Shown: positions 9,495 to 21,945, numbered from the stretch's first letter. The stretch: 64,000 nucleotides of DNA from Cetorhinus maximus (GCF_964194155.1 NC_135901.1:26474001-26538000); one strand, 5' to 3'. The notes: generated by a model not told the origin, from the letters alone. A program made the numbers and translations.

Positions 9495-12400
9495 TTATTT
9501 TGAGTGCATATGAGTAGGTTCCTGCAGCATACAGGCAGAAACTTAGGAATATGAGAAAACAGGCTGGGCAAACTTAGTTTGCAGTTCAAACAAAGTTTGA
9601 AAGAGTAAAACAAAGGAATTTTGACCAGTGGATACGGGCATTAAAGATAGAGATGACACATTCAGCACTTAGAGGGGTAATTCTTTTCGAAGAACTTAAA
9701 GATTCAATTCCTTCAGTAGTGGGAACTCATGTGGAGGAACAGAGGGTTTAAACAGTAAGACAAGCGGCTGAGTTGGCTGATGATTGTAAGTTATTTCAAA
9801 GAGCTAAACCTTTTTTGTCACCCTTTTAAATCAGAGAAGGATAGAAACTGGGAAGATGAAAGGAAGGTGGGTAGTCAGGGAAGAGGAGTAGGTGGGAATT
9901 CCCAGGAAGCATTCTCTCAGAATTAAAAGGACGATGCTGAGCGTGTGAGGTGACATTCGAAAATTCAGGTGTTTTCATTGTCATAAAGTTGGACATACGG
10001 AATCTGTGTTGGAAATTGAAGGGAAAATTTGTTGGAATTATAGGGATGCAGAAAAGTTCTGGAATAAAAGTACTGTGGTTCTGAGGTTCAGGCACAGGAA
10101 AAATCAATGGTCCATGTACAGGTAAAACAGGAAAAATCAGTGATAGGTAAAGAAGTGGAATGTGTTCACAATTTACCCAAGAGAATTCTGAGTAGCAGGT
10201 TGCAGAAATATTTAATGATTTTGTATGTGAAGGGAAAGTCTTTCCATGTGTACAGGGTGGAGTAGGTAAAGATGTTAAAATTTTAAGAGACAGCAGGGGC
10301 TAGTCAATCCTTAATGTTGTGGGATAGTGACATTTGTTGTTCAGAGGGAGTATTGCAGGAACAGGTGATAATAAGTGGGGTTCATGGAGATGCTGAACCT
10401 ATTCCATTGTGGAAGGTAAATTTAAAGAGTAAGTGGAAAATGGGTGAAGTGATTGTTGGAGTAATGGGAAAATTGCCCATTGCAGGGATCCAATTTATTT
10501 TGGGTAATGATATAGCTGAATTACAGATGTGGGTGATGCCTATGGTAGTTGAGCAGCCTATAGAAGTGTTTTCAACAGAAGTGCTGCAGAGAGAGCATCC
10601 TGGATTGTTTCCAGATTGTGTGATAAGGAGAACAGGAAGTTCGAGGGCAGAGAGAAGGTGTGGAAGTCCAGTTAGCTGGCACTGTGTTTGATAACGTTGT
10701 TCAGCAAGAAAGACAGGAAGACAATGCAGCTGAAGTGTTTAACTCAAGGCAGTTAGTGGAGATTCGCAAATAAAACATTTATATCAGACAGCTTTCTCAG
10801 AAACAGGGGCAAAATGTATACCAGGATGTTATTACCTTAAGATAATATTTTAATGAGAAAATGGAAGCCTTATCATGCTTCAGCAAAAGGAAGCTGGAGG
10901 AGGTGCATCAGATTGTAATGCCATTTGGATACAGAAATGAGATGCAGAGGATAGCTCATGAAATTCCAACAGGGGGAGATTTAGGAATTAGAAAGACACA
11001 GGCAAAGATACAGAAACGTTTTTTTGGGCCTGGATTGCATAGGGATGCAGTCAAATACTGTAGAACATGTCACACATGTCAGGTGATAGGGAAACCACAA
11101 GCAGTGATTAAGCCGGCACCTTTAATTCCCATTCCAGCATTTGAAGAACCTTTTACTAGGGTCATGACTGATTGTGTAGGACCCCTCCCTGAGACTAAAA
11201 GTGGAAATCAGTACTTACTGACAATAATGGATATGTCTACCAGGTTTCCTGAAGCAATACCTTTGAGAAATATTACAACAAAGAAAATTACGGAAGAGTT
11301 AACTAATTTTTTTTTTACAAGATATGCTTTACCTAAGGAAACACAATCAGAATCAGGGTTCAAATTTCATGTCACAGCTGTTTAAGGAAGTAATGAACAG
11401 TTTGGGGATAAACCAATTTAAGTCAACAGCTTATCATCCTGCGTCACAATGGGCTTTGGAAAGATGGTATCAAACTCTAAAAACTATGATGAGGGCATAT
11501 AGTCAGGATTATTCACAGAATTGGGATTGGGGAATTCCATTCTTGTTATTTGCTTTTAGGGATGCTCCTAATGCATCAACTGGGTTTTAGTCCTTTTGGA
11601 CTAGTTTATGGTCATGAGGTAAGAGGGCCACTGAAATTGATTCATGAGAAATTGGTGGGTCAAAATTCAGAAACTGCTCTCCTGGATTATGTATCAAACT
11701 TCAGAGACAGATTGGACAGAGCATGTGAGTTGGCTCGGGAACATTCAAAGATATCACAGCAAGTGATGAAAGTGAAGGCAGACAGGAAAGCTACAGCTCG
11801 TAGTTTTGTTGGTGGGGAGAAAGTGTTAGTTCTGTTACCAGTACTGGGTGTCTCGTTAAAGGCAAGGTTTAGTGGGCCTTACAGGATTGAAAAGAAACTG
11901 AGTGAAGTAAATTATTTAATAAATACTCCAGATAGAAGAAAGAAGTCGAGAATGTGCCATGTAAATGTGCTTAAACAGTACTTTGACAGAGAAGAGGACC
12001 AAAAGGAGGTGTTAGTGGTAGTAGATAATGAGAAAGAGGTAGAAATGCAGGACTCTGAAATTTATTTTCATCCAATCAAATTGGATAATGAGGGGGTAGT
12101 TGAAAATTTAAATGTAATGTTGAGTTACCTTCCAGACAAGTGTCAAAGTGATTTGGAGAAACTATTGCAGTCACACAAATTTATTTGTGGAAATAAGCTG
12201 GCAAGGACAAATTTAACTATACATGATGTATGTGTGGAAGTTTCATCTTTACTCAGGCAACATCATTATAGATTAAATATGGCAAAGTTATACCAAGTAC
12301 AGAAAGAAATTGAATTCATGCTTCAAAATGATATCATTGGGTCTAGTTGCAGTAACTGGAGTTCACCTATTATGCTAGTACTGAAACAAGATGGACCACA

Positions 12401-12747
12401 AACACTGTGTGAACTATAGAAAGTTGAATGCAGTAAAAAAGTGGATCCATATCCGAGACCATGGTTTGAAGATTGCATTGAGAAAGTGGGACAATCAAAA
12501 TTTATCACAAAGATTGACTGGCTAAAAGGATATTGGCAAGTACAGTTATCAAAGAGAGCAAAGGAGATATTGGCTTTTGTGATGCCAGATGGACTATATC
12601 AGTTTAAAATCGTGCCGTTTGGTATGAAAAATGCACCTGCAACATTTCAAAGTCTGACAAACAAAGTAATTACAGGTCAGCAATTGTGCGGTGTATATTG
12701 ATGACTTGATAGTTTTCAGTCAGACATGGGAGGAGCATTTACAACAG
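9495..12747 (+). mobile_element. Gmr1-like Gypsy gag-pol: SCAN-like capsid C-terminal domain, CCHC knuckle, protease, integrase, then RT
   Basis: VPAAYRQKLRN..FDQWI..VILFEEL..QAAELADD (9510-9785); CFHCHKVGH (~9970); ILRDS protease site (~10280); CHTC, DCVGPLP, AYHPASQ and GPY integrase motifs (10861-11990); RT GYWQV, PFGMKNAPATFQ and YIDD (~12695). Confidence 0.9.
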
Positions 12748-13330
12748 CAAATAGCACGTTCCATACACTGTTCGTAATGGCAAAGTGCGGACCATGCCCA
12801 ACAAGCATGTGCTTGTAAGATTCAAAACACAGGGTCCGACATGAGATTTGATTCCATTATTGGACAACATTTGTTAAATAATCTTCAGTGGGCTGAGAAT
12901 TACGCTGACAATTAATTTAAGATTGTCAGTTGGGTTCACAGTATGGCACATTTGCATGTACTGGAAGCTATGTATATTAATACACAGTTCTTTGCAGACA
13001 GAAAGAACATGTGCACACATTGTGCCTATTTCAGCTAAACAAAATAAGTGACAGCCTGTCGCTGGTTCAATCCCCAGCTGCCTGGTTGAAATTTCAAACA
13101 ATGGTTGGCAGTTAACTGTCAGCCACCATCAATTGGTGCATTCTCCAGGGCAATGCCTCCACCGATCAGACTCCACTTGCCAGCCGATCAGCACTGTCTT
13201 TTTGTACAGTATAAAGCTGTTGTTTTCCCTTACGTTGTATTCTTGCGAATTGTCCCGTTGGGTGCAGGATGAAAAGCTTTGACAAAATGTCTCTTTTTAT
13301 CAGCAATACTCAAGTTCTGTACGACCAAAT
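12748..13330 (+). mobile_element. Penelope-like element 3' fragment (endonuclease-side C-terminus plus terminal repeat)
   Basis: IIGQHLLNN..FKIVS..HLHVLEAMYI..LCRQKE. Decayed hammerhead-like TCCCGTTGGGTGCAGGATGAAAAGC at ~13253. 13089-13166 recurs inverted at 14195-14272. Confidence 0.65.
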
Positions 13331-13397
13331 GTAAAATAAGTTAGCCACTAATAAATATAATGTGTAGTTCAGGAGACCTATTGAACCAAGGGTGATA

Positions 13398-13610
13398 ACA
13401 GAAAATCCTTAAAATACTCAGCATATCTGGCAGCATCTGTGGATTGAGAAGGAATTAACATCTTTGCTCTGGTGCTCTGCAGTTCTGACAAAAGCTCACA
13501 GACCTGTACTGTAAACTGTGTTTCTCTCTCTCCGCGACACTATCAGATCTACTGAGTATTTCTATCATTTTCTGTTTTATTTCAGATATCCAGAATCTGC
13601 AGCATTTTGC
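13398..13610. mobile_element. Degenerate copy of the palindromic Penelope-like short element
   Basis: Similar to 730-964 (AAATACTCAGC..TCTGGCAGCATCTGTGGA ... TTTCAGATATCCAG). Confidence 0.65.
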
Positions 13611-13739
13611 AATTCTTTAATTCAAGATGTTGAGAATGTGGAACTCGTTACCAAAAGGATTTCAGATTCCCTTCTGATCCAGAAACTCATGGGTAAATCG
13701 CACTGTGAAAAGATTGTTCACCAGTTGAAAGTGCAAAGG

Positions 13740-14040
13740 AGTCCACTTGATCATCCCATTTAGTGACACAGCGACACAGTTACACCCGATGGAGACCATT
13801 TGGGTACCAAGGGATTTACTTAGTTTCCTCACTTGTTAACACTCCAACTATAATGTTCAAGGTGTTTAACCACAAATGGTGCATTCGTACTGGCAAGACA
13901 AAATTTAAATGTTCTGTGTGTGGGGTTGGGGTGCTGGGGGTTTGGAATCACATGTTCACCCCAGCTGCTGAAACTCCAGTGAGGTCACATCCAACTGTTG
14001 TGCTTTATTCTGCTGTTAATTACTCCCAGGACAAAAATAT
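13740..14040 (+). pseudogene. Highly decayed ZNF relic, duplicated at ~20916-21145
   Basis: KGFT*FPHLLT and IRTGKTKFKCSVCG remnants, plus a match to the ZNF tail (CTGTTAATTACTCCCAGGAC). Confidence 0.55.
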
Positions 14041-14327
14041 GATTGAGGGCCTCTGCACTTTGGTTGCAGCATCAGTTGATTTGATGGTTTTATATCTTGG
14101 CCATAATCGTAATTGGATCACAAAACATCAACTACCAGTCAACAATTTTACCTTTCAATGATGGGACTATTACCCAGTGTTCACGTATCTATTGATTGGT
14201 GGAGGCATTGCCATGGAGAATGCACCAATTGATGGTGACTGACAGTTAACTGCCAAACATTGTTTCAAATTTAACAATGGGGTGGGGCGGCAGCAGCCCC
14301 TTATGCAGGTGAAGTGGTGGATTGTGA

Positions 14328-14410
14328 ATGGAGCATGCTCAGTGCAGTCTCTTACTGAAGCATGCGCAGTACGGGTTCCGACCGGCGCATGCCCAGTATA
14401 TGGCTGCTGG
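14328..14410. promoter_or_regulatory. Orphan promoter-like patch with three NRF1-like GCATGC motifs
   Basis: GAGCATGCTCAG, GCATGCGCAG and GCGCATGCCCAG in a locally CpG-rich stretch. Confidence 0.4.
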
Positions 14411-15989
14411 TGCTGCAGGGAGGTGGAGAGAAGCGGCCGAGTGTAGAAGGGGAATGGAAGCGGCAGAGTGGGTGGAAAGGCTTCATATACACCCAGGCGA
14501 GAAGGCCTTAAAGTCTGGCTTTCGGCCTCTCCCCGTCACTGACCCACCCTCTTGCTGAAGCTTCTGCTCCCGGAGTCTCCTGATCCTGGGTTCTTGGTCC
14601 AGATCCAGATGTGAAGCTGGAGCTCCGGGATTTTGGAAATCCGAGTCTCCTCGCTGAACACTTGAAGCTTCGGTTAGAGTTATGTTCAATATTATAGGAG
14701 TATCCATACATACCTTTATCTATGTGTTTGTTTTTGTGCAATGAAGCATTTGTGTGTGAGCTTTAATGTGTTTTCTTCCCTGAATTGTCTTTTGTGTGTG
14801 TAGTTGAGCACTTTAGAGTCAAAAGCCCCATATTAGATTAAAGGAAAAGTTTATTTGAACATTCCAAAGTTTTGAGTATAAGGTTTGAGTTAAGATTTGT
14901 GGCAAAAATCGTAATTTGAAGGTAGTGTAAAGATAAAGCAGGGCTTGCCTTTGTTTGAGATGAACCAACCCTTGTACCATCCCCTTGCAGACTAGTGGGG
15001 AATAACCCTCATCATCAGCTTCCAAGCTGATTGGGATTAACACATACGAGTTAGTATTCTAAAATCCTGAGAAAAAAAAATTACTTGAAATTCAGAAAGA
15101 TTCTAGGAAAACCAAAAGACATAAACACAAGTTCTAGGTGGTTCCAATGGATAAAAAGGGATTTCTTATGAAGAGATGAATTAAATATTAAAGGAAATCT
15201 GCTTTCCAAAAGCACTGGAATTTGAATTTCAGACAATCTTGAAATGTAAAGTGCAGTGTAATTTAACAGGTTACTTTGAATAACGAGGATGATATCTAAG
15301 ATAAAGAATGTGTCGATAAACATACGGAAATTATAACTTGGATACAAATCATTACACCTGAAAAAGAAGTTGTCTTAATTTTGATAATGTAAATTACAGT
15401 TCTTACAAGGTTTAAAAAATTTGAGGTTTGTTTGTTGATAAAGTTCTCAAAAGTGAATTTTCATTTTAAAAGGCTTTTTGACAACAATTGGCACTAATTT
15501 AAATGCTGCGAGCTTTTGTATTTGTAAGCCTGTTCCCAAAATATGAAGCTAAACTCAAGACCTTGACAAAGTTTGGCAGAAATCCAATTTTTGGCCGAGT
15601 TAATGAATATGGGATAATTCTAAAAGAAAAGGGTCAGACACAGTTTAGTGGGTTACTTTTGAGACAATAAAATGATTTCTGTTTTTAAAACTGTTATGAG
15701 AATATTTTATTTATTTTAAAGTCTCTCCAGGCAACCTGAACAAGATAAGATGGTAGCTGTGGCATGTGTAAAATGGTATGAGGTAAGTAGGAGAATGAGT
15801 TAGGGAAAGAGCACATAATGTACAAACTGTTTTAAGAGAAATGAATTTGATAATCTGGCCATCAACTGAGGCATTGGAACTGCCTAAAGAGTAAGGGAAC
15901 ATTTTAAACAATCAAGACAATAGAGAAACTGACTTCAAGATAATCAAGGTGATCGTGGTCAGAAAAAAAACCTTGGAGGTAAAATTATT

Positions 15990-17223
15990 CAGTATCTGTA
16001 GTTGAGGCAATTGAAGGGCAAGGAGTGGGGGTGCCTACCCAGATGGATTCAGAACAGGGAACTCATTTCCCAGGGAGAGTCATTAAAGAAGTGTGTAATC
16101 TTATGGAGATTAAACAGAAATTCCGTATTCCTTACCACCCCCAGAGTCCAGGGATGGTGGAATGGATGAAGTGAACTTTAAAAAAAACATCAGTCAAGAG
16201 ACAGGGAACAGCCCAATATTCCAATGCGCCGTGGGCTACCCCAAGCAGGACCGCCGGGTTCACCCCATTTGAAATGATAACAGGAAGGGCCATGCGATTA
16301 CCTGAAGGCACTATAGTAGGAGGTGTCGGGCCACTGAAAGGAAAAATACAGGACAATGTAAGGGAATTAAGTAGGCAATTACATGAGTTGAGAGAGGAAG
16401 TTAGAGACTGACAGATGATTAAGGATATAGAAACAGGCAAATCCAATGAGCATCAACAGACCCCCCCAAGTGGGAAATAAGGTGATGGTCAGGGTGAGCT
16501 CGGAGCGAATAGGCACGGACCATACGAGGTAATTATGACAGGTGATACATGCGCACTTGTAGATATGAGAACGAGAGCCGATGTTAATGTCTCCACAGAT
16601 CTACGATCCTGGTCATGGGCGTATCAGTACTGGTAACAAGGTCGGGGATCATCACTGCTCTGCAGGAGGAACTTTGGTACAGCACGGACAGTGTCGAATG
16701 TGACATGCAATGGGGAATGATAAATGTAACAGTAGGAGAACAAGTGCTTTCAAATTGTAGTAAGGGTTTGCTTCAGATCAGGCGTGGGAGGTCCGCCACT
16801 ACCCAGCCACCTCCCACCTCTACTCTCACAGTCCGAGTAGAGATAATTGAAGACCCAAACCACACCGACTGACCCATCTTGTCCGACTATGCATCCAGGA
16901 CCGGCGAATGGTTTGAGACTAGTAAATCAGAAGTTTTGTATGATAATGTACACCATGAGCTGGTACCCGTAGTCTTGAATGTATCCGGTGTCGTCCTGCC
17001 CCAGTGGTGCTCAACGCATACCCAAGCACTCTATACGGCTCTGATGCGCCAATTGATGACTGACGCAGTTCAGTTCAATGGCGAGATGCGATCAGGCTTG
17101 GGAGGGAACCGTGTTAAGCGCAGCCTGATAAATGATGCCGCTACGATATTCAATATAGGGACATCATTGGTTAATCCAAAGTCTGGCTACCGTGCTCGAA
17201 AGTCATGCGGGGACTATCAATAA
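15990..17223 (+). mobile_element. Degenerate LTR retroelement: integrase fragment followed by env-like frame
   Basis: QMDSEQGTHF, IPYHPQSPGMVE and GFTPFEMITGRAM integrase motifs. ORFs 16615-16872 and 16879-17223 are in one frame with RVKR|SLINDAATIFNIGTSLVN. Confidence 0.65.
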
Positions 17224-17499
17224 ATTAATTGAAATAGGGAAAGATATTTCAGATGAAGCGAGCAGAAATGATGTATGCAGCACCTATGGACAAGAATCAT
17301 GACTTGACCGGTTGCCAGCTCAGGGGTTTAACATGTGTATGTAGAATGAATGTTGAATGTATAGTGAATACTAATATGCTAATAGGCATTGTATTAGTAA
17401 TACCTGTCATACCTATGTCAATGACATAACTCAGGCAAGACACCCTCAGTAACTGCTGGTACGGGACCCCAGCCATGGGGCCTGTTTGTACACCTACAA

Positions 17500-18312
17500 A
17501 TGGACTTTATACAAATGCCTAAATGTTTGGGATACAATTATGTTTTAGTTCTAGTATGTTTGTTCTCGCGATGGGTGGAGGCGTATCCCACCCGACGGAA
17601 TGATGCTGTTATTGTTGCAAAATTGCTGTTACATGAATACATACCCAGGTTTGGGATACCAGAGATTTTATCAAGTGATAATGGACCTCATTTTATCACT
17701 AAAGTCATAAAGGAACTGTTGAGGGCCTTACAATGCAACCACCACCTTTCCTGCCCATACCACTCCCAGTCTACAGGGGCGGTGGAAAGACAAAATGGTA
17801 TTCTGAAAAGCAAACTAGCTAAATTATGTGAAGAAACCGGTTTGAAATGGCCTGAAGCTCTACCCTTGGCGCTCATGACTATGCACTCTCACCCTAACCG
17901 TACCACCTCCCTCTCTCCTTATGAAGCTGTAATGGGACGTCCTATGCACCTCCCAGTGGCCCCACCTTTGTCTGCTAGGGAAATGGACATCCACGCTATG
18001 GATGAGGGAATGATTACATACTGTATAGCGCTCACTAATTCTCTCAAGGGCTTGTATATACAGGTAGTAGAAGCTCAGAAAAAGCCCACCATTGAAGATT
18101 TCCATCAATACCAGCCCAGGGACCTATTCCTGGTAAAGACCTCCAGGAGAAAGAACTGTTTGGAACCTCGATGGGAGGGGCCTTTGCAAGTCCTGCTCAC
18201 CACCCATGCGACCGTGAAGGTTGAAGGACGTCCCTTGTGGACCCACGCATCGCACGTCAAGCGGATGCTGACCTCGGACGGAAGAACTTTAACTGAGCCG
18301 TCAGAATGCTGA
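17500..18312 (+). CDS. Endogenous retrovirus integrase core and C-terminus (class I, epsilon/gamma-like)
   Basis: 270-aa open frame with DF..SDNGPHF..VERQNGILK catalytic triad and LEPRWEGPLQVLLTT..W.HASHVK C-terminus. Confidence 0.88.
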   Translation: MDFIQMPKCLGYNYVLVLVCLFSRWVEAYPTRRNDAVIVAKLLLHEYIPRFGIPEILSSDNGPHFITKVIKELLRALQCNHHLSCPYHSQSTGAVERQNGILKSKLAKLCEETGLKWPEALPLALMTMHSHPNRTTSLSPYEAVMGRPMHLPVAPPLSAREMDIHAMDEGMITYCIALTNSLKGLYIQVVEAQKKPTIEDFHQYQPRDLFLVKTSRRKNCLEPRWEGPLQVLLTTHATVKVEGRPLWTHASHVKRMLTSDGRTLTEPSEC

Positions 18313-18737
18313 CTCTGATTTGGATCCTGTCCTGCGTGGTCCTTGTGGGGGCATGGACTACCAATTCTGAGGTTCAACGAATGTAGGCCGTAGCCTAGCA
18401 AGTTAATCAGACTAAATGTTGGATTTGTACTCACTTTCCTGTTAACCTCTCCTCCTCCGAGATGCATTTTCTGGCTTTCCCCTCAGATTCCGCATGGTCT
18501 CTAGGTAATACAGGGGCCCTCATTCAGCAAACGCCCATTTGGAGACGGGAGCCCCCCTTTGTGGTTGTTAAGGGGGAGGCCTGGCTATGCGTCAGGAGGA
18601 ATTATACCAAGGGGAGCACTCGGGTGGGTGAGCTACCATTGGGTTCCTGTGCCTACCTTGCTTATTCAAGCCAGCTATCTATTCCCTCCCTCTCCTCAGG
18701 AATCAAGATTCGTCTGAGGATGAAGCCCGGAGGCTAG
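18306..18737 (+). pseudogene. ERV env 5' remnant
   Basis: Signal-peptide-like MLTLIWILSCVVLVGA overlapping the pol end, CWIC (CXXC) motif at ~18415-18430, two stops, no TM subunit seen. Confidence 0.7.
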
Positions 18738-18795
18738 GATACATAGAACCTGGCTAAGGGTGGTGGATTGTCCTTGCAGGACGAAAAGGGGGGAG

Positions 18796-19256
18796 TGTGG
18801 CGGACTAAAGACAACTATAGGGGGGCCCACTCAGTATTGAAAGGGTTAATGGAGCAATTGAATTAAATGCTTGAGCCTAAGAGAGAAACACTGCAACCTT
18901 GAAGAACAATAGCATCTTGTCTGACCACTATAGCAGGATGGGCCTTGAGACATTCCATGTGTCTCTCTCTTGGGCCGAATGTAATCAAAGTTGTGATAGT
19001 CAAATTATAAACAACTGCACTTGTGGTGTCGGAATGGAAATTTACTGGAACATGGATTGGTCAGTAAACTTATGCAAATAAGTGGATTGAGATGTACAAA
19101 ATTTACTGATTGGTTGTAAAATGCTTTTAAGTAAGTCTTTGTGTATTCTGCTTTGAGACGGTACAATAGCTCTCGCTGTATTGTTCTCCCTTGTGCACAA
19201 GTAATAAATGGGGTTTCTACGACAAAATTATGCCTCGGTGTGATTAATCTCCGACA
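18796..19256 (+). mobile_element. ERV 3' LTR preceded by a polypurine tract
   Basis: PPT GAAAAGGGGGGAG at 18783-18795, TG...CA ends, AATAAA at 19203. Gypsy RT sequence begins exactly at 19257. Confidence 0.8.
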
Positions 19257-20356
19257 GTTGCAGTAACTCCTGGAGTTCACCTATTATGCTAGTACTGAAA
19301 CAAGATGGACCACAAACACTGTGTGAACTATCGAAAGGTGAATGCAGTGACAAAAGTGGATCCATATCCTAGACCACGGTTTGAAGATTGCATTGAGAAA
19401 GTGGGACAATCAAAATTTATCACAAAGATTGACTAGCTAAAAGGATATTGGCAAGTACAGTGATCGGAGAGAGCAAAGGAGGTATTGGCTTTTGTGATGC
19501 CAGATGGACTATATCAGTTTAAAATCGTGCCGTTTGATATGAAAAATGCACCTGCAATATTTCAAAGTCTGACAAACAAAGTAATTACAGATCAGCAATT
19601 GTGTGGTGTATATTGATGACTTGATAGTTTTCAGTCAGACATGGGAGGAGCATTTACAACACCTGGAAGAATTATTTACTTGGTTACAAGAAGCTAATTT
19701 GGTGGTGAACATGGCTAAAAGTGAATTGGCAAAAGCAAAAGTTTTATATCTAGGCCATACCATTGGACATGGTAAGCGGGCTCCAGGCGATGGGAAAGTC
19801 AAGGCTATCTTGGATTTCCCCATGCCTACAACAAAACAACAAGTTTGGAGATTTCTGGGCATGCGTGAGTTGTATTGGAAATTTGAACCAAATTTTAGCC
19901 GTGTGGTTGCTCCATTGACTGAGCTATTAAAAAAGAACAAGACGTTTCAATGGACACAGGACTGTCAGAAAGCATTTGACAGTTTGAAAACTGTATTAAC
20001 TATGACACCAGTTTTAGCAGTAGCCAGTTACGCCAAACAATTGAAGTTGGCCATTGACGCAAGTGATATAGGCATTGGGGCAGTACATTTACAAGATTAC
20101 GACACTGGAATTGAAAAACTGATGGGGTTTTTTTTCACGGAAGTTGAATGTACAACCGAGAAGATATTCAACGATCGAAAAACAGACTTTGAGTTTGGTG
20201 TTAGCGGTGCAGCATTTTGAGATTTATGTTGCAAGCAATTCATCCGAAACAATTGTTTATACAGACCAAAATCCTTTAAAGTATCTGGACAAATTTCGAG
20301 ACAGAAGTGCAAGACTATTCAGATGGAGTTTATTACTGCAGCCATTTAATAAATAA
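19257..20356 (+). mobile_element. Second Gmr1-like Gypsy copy: RT and RNase H
   Basis: 19257-19660 is nearly identical to 12346-12747. Motifs YIDD, YLGH, LAIDASDIGIGAV, YSTIEK and LFRWSLLLQ. Confidence 0.9.
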
Positions 20357-20369
20357 ATTTAAATAAATT

Positions 20370-20680
20370 TAACAGGCTCCTGTTAAATACAGAGCATTAC
20401 AGGAGCGAACTAACAGCTTAGCAGAGTCTCATCATCCTGCAGGCTCCTGTTAAATACAGAGCAGTACAGGACCACACTGAAAGTTTAACAGAGTCTCATC
20501 ATCCTGCGGTTCCTGTTAAATTTGCTGTGAGGATTTAAATTTCTTTCAGGTTTGCAGGTGTGGTGTTTGATTCACATATCGAGGGTGAGAGAGATGGTGC
20601 AGGATACACACTAAGCCCAGTGCTGAAAGTGATTACCAGATCGGGTTTTGTGTTTAATGATACTGGGTACGTTACCAATA
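20370..20680 (-). repeat. Tandem ~63-bp units plus flank; inverted copy of ~39440-39720
   Basis: CAGGCTCCTGTTAAATACAGAGCA...CAGAGTCTCATCATCCTG repeated about 2.3 times. Confidence 0.75.
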
Positions 20681-21780
20681 TGTCCTGTAAGAAATTGGGG
20701 TCTTGGATAAACTGGTATTTTCTGCATAGTATCGAACTCTTATGAGATTAGCTCAACAGCATTGATTTGCTCTCTTCAGAAAGGCAATTGCTAAACAGGC
20801 AACAACTCTAAACATTCTCTGGAAACAGCAAGGTCACTTGGTTCAGGCTGCCATGTTGACATTACTAAGTTGCTGCTGTCAAGCCAAAAAGGCATCCTGC
20901 CTATCACACAAATCACCAAGGGATTTACTTAGTTTCCTCACTTGTTAACACTCCAACTATAATGTTCAAGGTGTTTAACCACAAATGGTGCATTCGTAAT
21001 GGCAAGACAAAATTTAAATGTTCTGTGTGTGGGGTTGGTGTGCTGGGGGTGTGGAATCACATGTTCACCCCAGCTGCTGAAACTCCAGTGAGGTCACATC
21101 CAACTGTTGGGCTTTATTCTGCTGTTAATTACTCCCAGGACAAAAATGTGATTGAGGGCCTCTGCACTTTGGTTGCTGTATCAATTGATTATCAATTGTT
21201 ATCAATCATCAGGCTTTATATCTTGGCCATAATCGTAATTGGATCACAAAACATCAACCACCAGTCAACAATTTTGCCTTTCAATGGTGGGACTATTACC
21301 CAGTGTTCACATATCTATTGATATCCCACCCTCTCGCTGAAGCTCCCGCTCCCGGAGTCTCCTGATCCTGGATTCCTGATGCAGATCCAGATGTGAAGCT
21401 GGAGCTCCGGGATTGTGGAAATCTGGGTCTCCACGCTGAACAAGTGTTGAGTTTGGGGTTGCTGTAATCCAAGTTTTTTTTTTAACGGTCCCACTCACCA
21501 TTTCCCTCTCCTGAACCTGCAATTGCTCTTCAAGATCCAGGGTTACTTGTTACAAGTTACAAGTCCCAGTTCCCCAATCCTGGCACTGAATTTCCTTTCT
21601 CACTACACTGTGTTATTCCTTCAAATCATCCCTGCTGTCTGTCCTGAATGAATCCATTTCACTAACAAATGTTTGCTCCACACCCACAGGGTTTCATCTG
21701 TTTAAAGCCACAAACAGAAAGGTCCAGTTTTCTCCTGGAGTTTGAGACAAATCAGCTTCCAAAATGACGCAGAGTTTCAG

Positions 21781-21945
21781 CCAATGAGGGAGATCCGGGC
21801 TCCGCCCCGCCCCCTCATTCACTCCGATTGGTTGGAGGAGCAGCCGCGCCCGCTCGGTCCTCCGGCCCCGCCCCCTCTTCCTATTGGACCAGAGGTGACG
21901 TCAATCGGGCGTGCATTGTGAGCCGGAGCATGCGCAGTGCGGGTG
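21781..21945. promoter_or_regulatory. ZNF promoter (CCAAT x3, GC boxes, CRE TGACGTCA, NRF1)
   Basis: Motifs read directly. 21615-21870 is duplicated at 34368-34650. YY1-like CCGCCATC at ~22094 and GGCCATCTT at ~22331. Confidence 0.7.

Noticed and set aside
12346-19660. 400-bp direct repeats as LTRs or TSD of a 6.5-kb composite element
   Set aside because: The repeats are Gypsy RT coding sequence and belong to a larger collinear duplication.
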